Of a stretch of 64,000 nt of DNA, positions 60,001-64,000 are shown piece by piece. This stretch comes from Planctomycetota bacterium. GTDB taxonomy: Bacteria; Planctomycetota; B15-G4; JADJEK01. Location of the stretch: NCBI GenBank assembly GCA_044225365.1, contig JBGAIQ010000025.1, forward strand, positions 1 through 64,000, in the 5' to 3' direction. How positions within the stretch are numbered: the first letter of the stretch is position 1; each line of letters starts with the position of its first letter. Under the pieces are notes generated by a model. That model ran no database searches, was not told the DNA's origin, and worked only from the letters and a program-made list of their open reading frames with translations. Both the position numbers and the translations under genes were made by a program.

Positions 60001-60524
60001 TGACCGCAAACGGCGCGGCCGTTCCCGGCGCATCGATGTTCTTCCTGCGCGATGGAGATCCGGTCGATCGCATCGATCCCTTCTCGTCGACGATCACGGA
60101 CGACACGGGCAACTACAAGGCGGATGGTCTCGCCGAAGGCTCCTTCACCGTCATCGCCAAGGCCGCGGGCTACGCCCCGACGTGGAAGCGCAACATCGGC
60201 GTCCATGTCGGCGATCCCACGACGCTCGATCTCGCGCTCGTCGTCGGCGGCGAATTCCGGTTGCGCGTGGTCGACACCGCAGGGCAGGACGTGACGGGAA
60301 GCTGCAGTCTCGCCGTGATCTCGAGCGACGGTCTCGACATCAGCCGTCTCGTCACGCTCTACGAACTGATCGACACCGCCTTCACTCCCGGCAACGGTCG
60401 TTCGCTCGGTTCTCTCGCACCCGGCGCCTACACCGTGACCGCCCGGAAAGGCGACCTCAAGGCCACATTGCAGGTGACGCACGGGAGCACCGCGCAGTCC
60501 GTCGACGTCGTCCTCTCACCCTAG
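57087..60524 (+). CDS. Large carboxypeptidase-regulatory-like repeat protein (membrane-anchored)
   Basis: About ten G.V.D..G.PV.GA / TD..G.(F/Y)...GL..G.Y modules; N-terminal TM. Confidence 0.88.
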   Translation: MANRSRPTVLASLAVIAIVALALCLRQDRSTPRPDELRTAPAATPATPNEPANAAPEIPVSDRESVPGVDAGTERLQGRVVATSSEHPIGRIQLTLEREVPAFVTIEMIAGNAQNARATDAPSVTSNDCAADGTFEIRGQRLVGYLAVVDPMYCVRDAIYVDAREKTTTRDVRVDAAGVVRGVVRDATGAPSKAAKIQIKPKVGLDAAFNREAKRKGREAVTDESGKFEIPHVPAGIEFDLSITAAGSLKQWRSVKTEAGKFLDVEVSLMPGVDVTGRVRTESGPPVAGAHVRLREASMRVDSSAPQRFDAGDMECSSDADGHFALHGVPLGKYFVEASHADFVRVTQRNIVVPAGGLAIGEDLVMKNGERITGVVVDAKGEPVPKADLGLRKPVSFFAGGMGLSPESAEDLGGRKFQADDAGRFSSPPLAAGEYDIVAGRTGYVQGVAKGVKTGSVDVKLVLQKRGAVEGTVISLETSEPVEEFHVAALRPFEMSKIMDMQTWEPVRHVVTVSKKGRYRIEDLAAGEYTVAVTAAGLARGEVEHVIVKEGETTHAVNFFMKKESVIRGHVVDKATHNPIEGARVSTRQGMDALQQDPLSVESEGETDGAGAFELRGLRPGRFTLTASKHGRAPGSAGPFHLGDGDSLDGITIETTLGGTIRGKVTDQHEQPETGLMISATKLGGIVPGITTTDGDGNYELLGLAAGQYTVTRLSALALGSENMTEDMLKGMQTKSVRVVDGEEVVVDFKAVTQGTVTLEGKVTRKGKPAAGILLSFAAVDAKPAPELASKNGVTDSTPLRIVTTDQDGAYKMESLTPGDWSVTVQSVANLSDNMRQTFDFTLNEAPTQHEDFDLSGTGIEGTVRRKADANPISGARVSIDAIDESVKIDLYSRRVGSRRVGELFCDQEGHYRLSGLGPGKYRVSAGGLTMLNLGTSNYARSEPREVLVTDGQMTGDIDFVLVPGGGVTGKVTANGAAVPGASMFFLRDGDPVDRIDPFSSTITDDTGNYKADGLAEGSFTVIAKAAGYAPTWKRNIGVHVGDPTTLDLALVVGGEFRLRVVDTAGQDVTGSCSLAVISSDGLDISRLVTLYELIDTAFTPGNGRSLGSLAPGAYTVTARKGDLKATLQVTHGSTAQSVDVVLSP

Positions 60525-60542
60525 CCGGACCGCCTCTTTCGA

Positions 60543-60640
60543 ACCGCCGCGCTCCAGCGCGGCATCCTTCTCCGGGTGGACCGCCGCGCTCCAGCGCGGC
60601 ATCCTTCTCCGGGTGGACCGCCGCGCTCCAGCGCGGCATC
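60543..60640. repeat. Tandem 37-bp REP-like units (two full, one partial) between convergent genes
   Basis: ACCGCCGCGCTCCAGCGCGGCATCC(TTCTCCGGGTGG) at 60543, 60580 and 60617. Confidence 0.92.
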
Positions 60641-60650
60641 CCCTCGCCCG

Positions 60651-62279
60651 TTACGGATCCCTTGCGCAGCGAAACCCGATCGAGTTGTACCAACTCCCCG
60701 CCTCCGTCCCCTGGCGCACGGCCGACAGCAGCGCGACCTTGTTGCTGTCGAACTGCCCGCCGCGGATCACGAGCTGCTTGCTCGACAGGATCGGGTCGGC
60801 GGAGAACGTTTTCATCCCCGTCTTCGTCTTCACCTCGATCGACGTGCGCTTGCTGTCGTAGGCTTCCATCCGCGAGCTCGTCCATTCCCACACGTTCCCA
60901 CACAGATCGAGCACACCGAACGGACTCGCTCCCTCCGGGAACGAACCGACGTCCGCAACCACTCGACTCCCCACGGTCGCGCCGCAGTTCGCCCGCGCGC
61001 CGCCGCTCTTGCCATCGAAGTCGAACGTCGCCCCCCACGGATAGGCTCGCCCGTCACCACCGCGCGCCGCGTATTCCCACTCGATCTCCGTCGGCAGTCG
61101 TTTTCCGTAGTACGCGGCGAACTTCTCGCATTCGCCGTTCGAGACGAACACGATCGGCTTGTTCTCGTGGCCACGAGGGATCTTGCCGTCCGCCCAATAG
61201 TTCGCACGGAGTTGCTCCGAGGGCTCCTGCTGCGTCGCGTCGAGATACCCCTTCCACTGCGCGTTCGTCACCTCGCACTTGTCGAGGTAGAAGGCGGCGA
61301 CATCGAGCGTGCGCGCGGGAGTGCTCGCCGCGAGTTGGGTCAGGAAGTTCGCGTTCTCGAGCGCGAGCGCCTCGATCTCCTTCACTCGCAGCCCGATCCT
61401 CGCCTTTCCCGCCGGGATGAAGCACATGCCCTCGGTCGAACCCTTTCCTTGGAGGGAAGACTTCACACGCGGCGAAGGATTCACGGCGATGGGAGTCGCT
61501 ACCGTCGCGACGGGTACCGCCACCCTCGAAACCTGCGGCGCGGTCGGAACGTCGAGCGCGATCGAATGCACCTCGGGCGAGTTCCGTGGCGGCGTCGATG
61601 CAGCCTTCGAGTCCTTCACCCGTTCGCTGGAGACGGCGAACAAAGCGACTCCCACCGATGCGAACGTCGCGACGGAGAGCGTCCCGCCCCACTTCACGAA
61701 CCCGCTCGTCACCGCTCGCATCGTCGCTCCACCGAATCGCTCGAGCGCGAGGAAGAGACTGAACTGCGAACCGAAATCGCGTTCGAGCCGCGCCCGCAAT
61801 CGCGCGTGCGCACGCGAGAGCTGCGCTCTCACGGTGCTCGGGTTCTCGCAGCGCGTCGCCGCGATCGCTCCCGGATCGAGACCCTCGTAGTACCTCAGCA
61901 GAAGAACGCTTCGGTAGGGCTCTTCGAGTGCCATAACAGCCGCGACGACGCGCTGCGCCGTTTCCACTCGGTCGAAGGTGTCGGCGGGACTGCCGTCGCG
62001 CACGATCTCCGCGTCCGCCGCGGACCGCTCGCGCGCGAGACGGCGCGCTTCGGCGCGCTGACGATTGCGTGCGAAATTGCGGGCGAGCGTGGCGAACCAG
62101 CCGCGTGAAGCTCCGTCCGACGACGCCTTCGCCGTTTCCGATTTCCAGGTCGCTATGGCGACTTCCTGCGCGACGTCGTCGACGGCACTGTCGTCACGCA
62201 AGAGCTGCTTCGCGATCGCGCGCACGAACTCCCGGTGCTGGATCAACGCTTCCGAGTGCAAGGTGACGGGCGGATGCAT
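60651..62279 (-). CDS. ECF sigma-70 factor fused via a TM/linker to an FGE-sulfatase (SUMF1-like) domain
   Basis: VDDVAQEV, GWFATLARN, LEEPYRSVLLLRYYEGL, TVRAQLSRA; then EVTNAQW, RLPTEIEWEYAARG, DLCGNVWEW, IGFRC. Confidence 0.9.
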   Translation of the reverse strand: MHPPVTLHSEALIQHREFVRAIAKQLLRDDSAVDDVAQEVAIATWKSETAKASSDGASRGWFATLARNFARNRQRAEARRLARERSAADAEIVRDGSPADTFDRVETAQRVVAAVMALEEPYRSVLLLRYYEGLDPGAIAATRCENPSTVRAQLSRAHARLRARLERDFGSQFSLFLALERFGGATMRAVTSGFVKWGGTLSVATFASVGVALFAVSSERVKDSKAASTPPRNSPEVHSIALDVPTAPQVSRVAVPVATVATPIAVNPSPRVKSSLQGKGSTEGMCFIPAGKARIGLRVKEIEALALENANFLTQLAASTPARTLDVAAFYLDKCEVTNAQWKGYLDATQQEPSEQLRANYWADGKIPRGHENKPIVFVSNGECEKFAAYYGKRLPTEIEWEYAARGGDGRAYPWGATFDFDGKSGGARANCGATVGSRVVADVGSFPEGASPFGVLDLCGNVWEWTSSRMEAYDSKRTSIEVKTKTGMKTFSADPILSSKQLVIRGGQFDSNKVALLSAVRQGTEAGSWYNSIGFRCARDP

Positions 62280-62354
62280 GAGCGGTCTCCGGAGTCCCAT
62301 TTGTATTGGAACACCGCAGGAGACCGTAGCGCTGCGAGAATTCGCCGTCGCGCC

Positions 62355-63788
62355 TCAGGGCGCCGCGGGCGGCTCATCCTTGAACACGTCATACCGCAGG
62401 AACCGGCAATCGGTCGGTCCGGTTCGCACCGGGATGCGGCGACTCGCCTTGAGGCCCATCAGCTTCGGCAATTCGGGATTCCCGCAGAGCACGAACGCCG
62501 TCTTGCCGCGGCACTTCGTGTGGAGGAACTTACCGAGCGCGCGCCACGATTCGAGCACGTCGCCGTCGGGATCGTCGACGCCGCCGTCGGGATCGGTCGT
62601 TTCCTCGACCTCGATCGCGGGTTCCGAGTCCTTGCCCGTGAGGCGCTGACCCCACGGCGGGTTGACGAACACCGTGCTGAAATCGATCGTGGGTTCGAAC
62701 TCGCCGATCGGCTTCTGTTCGATCGTCACCCATTTCGACACGAGGGCCGCCTTCACCGCCTTCTGCGCGAGCGCGACCGCGCCGGCATGGCGATCGGACC
62801 CCGCGAAGCGGATCGCGAGGTCGGTGCGTTCACGAGCGCGGATCTCCGCCTTCATGCGCTCGTACTCCGGCCGATTGAAGTCCGGCCAGCGCTCGAACGC
62901 GAAGCGACGCATCATGCCGGGCGCGCGGCGGAGCGCGATCCAAGCGGCTTCGATGAGGAACGTTCCGCCGCCGCACATCGGATCGATCGCGCCCGTCGTC
63001 CAGTCCCAGCCCGACAGCAGGATGAGGCCGGCGGCCGTCGCTTCGTTCAGCGGCGACTTCACCTGGATCGGCCGATAGCCGCGCTTGTGCAGACTCTCGC
63101 CCGAGAGGTTGCGGTAGAGCGACGCGACGCCGGACTTCAGCATCACGTGGATCTCGAGATGCGGATTCTTGGTGTCGACGTCGGGGCGTCGCTTCACCTT
63201 GTCGCGGAAGTGGTCGACGATCGCGTCCTTCACCTTCAGCGCGACGAAGCCCGAGTGCTTCAGCGCGGAGTCGCGCACGGTCGCGTCGACGGCGAGCGTT
63301 TGCTCGACGGCCATGAACTCGCGCCAGTCGATGCGCCGCACGCCGTCGTAGAGCGTCTGCTCGTCCGTCACCTCGAACTCGGTGACGAGCTCCTGCACGC
63401 GCGTGGCGCAGCGCAATTCGAGATTCGCGCGCCACCCCATCTTGAGGTCGCCCTGGAACCGCACGCCACCGCGCTTGCCGACGACGTCCTCCGCACCGAT
63501 CGCGCGCAGTTCCGCCGCGAGCACTTCCTCGAGACCGAGAGTGCACGTGGCGAAGTAGTCGTGGACCTTCTTGCGTCCCGACGGCTTCACGAACGGCGCT
63601 TCGCGCTCACGCGAGTCCTTTCGATCGCCGCCGCGATAGCGCGTCGTCGAGTGCGGCCGATCCGGACGAATGGGACTGCCCGGACCGCGCGGTCCGGAAG
63701 ATCCCCCCGGTCCGAACGGACGCGCAGGCCGGTCGGGGCGCTTTTGGAATGGGCGACGCGGCGGACGGTCTTGATCGTTTCCAGTCAT
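62355..63788 (-). CDS. THUMP-domain RNA methyltransferase (RlmL-like)
   Basis: GLEEVLAAEL, SGESLHKRGYR, DPMCGGGTFLIEAA, NPPWG. Confidence 0.92.
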   Translation of the reverse strand: MTGNDQDRPPRRPFQKRPDRPARPFGPGGSSGPRGPGSPIRPDRPHSTTRYRGGDRKDSREREAPFVKPSGRKKVHDYFATCTLGLEEVLAAELRAIGAEDVVGKRGGVRFQGDLKMGWRANLELRCATRVQELVTEFEVTDEQTLYDGVRRIDWREFMAVEQTLAVDATVRDSALKHSGFVALKVKDAIVDHFRDKVKRRPDVDTKNPHLEIHVMLKSGVASLYRNLSGESLHKRGYRPIQVKSPLNEATAAGLILLSGWDWTTGAIDPMCGGGTFLIEAAWIALRRAPGMMRRFAFERWPDFNRPEYERMKAEIRARERTDLAIRFAGSDRHAGAVALAQKAVKAALVSKWVTIEQKPIGEFEPTIDFSTVFVNPPWGQRLTGKDSEPAIEVEETTDPDGGVDDPDGDVLESWRALGKFLHTKCRGKTAFVLCGNPELPKLMGLKASRRIPVRTGPTDCRFLRYDVFKDEPPAAP

Positions 63789-64000
63789 CGGCGTTGCAGC
63801 ATCGAGACGACTTCGAGGTGTTCGGTCCGCGGGAACAGATCGACGGGCCGGATCGCCTTCACGTCGAACGCGCGGGACAGCATGAGCAGGTCGCGAACCA
63901 GCGTCTCGGGGTTGCACGACACGTAGACCATGCGGCGGAACTTCAAATCGCAGAGGATGTCGATGAGCTCCTCGGTGAGCCCGCGGCGCGGCGGGTCGAC
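63785..64000 (-). CDS. rlmD: 23S rRNA m5U methyltransferase RlmD/TrmA family, C-terminal part (truncated by window edge)
   Basis: Manual translation: VDPPRRGL...MVYVSCNPETLVRDL...VDLFPRTEHLEVV; the stop overlaps the next ATG. Confidence 0.88.
   Translation of the reverse strand, partial: VDPPRRGLTEELIDILCDLKFRRMVYVSCNPETLVRDLLMLSRAFDVKAIRPVDLFPRTEHLEVVSMLQRR

Noticed and set aside
60543-60640. Mini-CRISPR (37-bp period)
   Set aside because: These are head-to-tail identical units with no spacers.
60651-60800. Diversity-generating retroelement target (FGE/CLec-fold C-terminus)
   Set aside because: No reverse transcriptase and no template-repeat copy of this region were seen in the window.

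Overview
High-GC bacterial chromosomal window, probably from an uncultured Planctomycetota-like lineage (inferred from ASPIC/UnbV proteins, large carboxypeptidase-regulatory-like repeat proteins and an ECF sigma factor with a C-terminal fusion). All family calls come from motif recognition by eye; no database searches were run. The left ~20 kb is an accessory locus centred on an archaeal-type MfnB furan synthase. It also holds an atypical trans-polyprenyl synthase plus a degenerate paralog, a UbiA prenyltransferase, an isopentenyl-phosphate-kinase-like kinase, an aldo/keto reductase, two hydrolases and lipid-handling proteins (TatT/TatP without DctQM, MMPL/RND, MlaD). This looks like a pathway to a prenylated furan or furan-isoprenoid lipid rather than methanofuran. 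The remainder is mostly envelope and housekeeping genes (alpha-2-macroglobulin/pbpC, mutS, tRNA-Gly, acyl-CoA ligase, thiD, purB, rnr, nadC, rRNA methyltransferases). It hides two further signals: a likely selenoprotein split by an in-frame UGA (G-U-L-C, SECIS-like hairpin, DsbD-N-like C-terminus; 35913-37532) and a putative ~145-nt structured minus-strand ncRNA with its own terminator (55100-55243). Several REP-like palindromic repeat clusters occur. No CRISPR array, integrase, transposase or reverse transcriptase was recognised.
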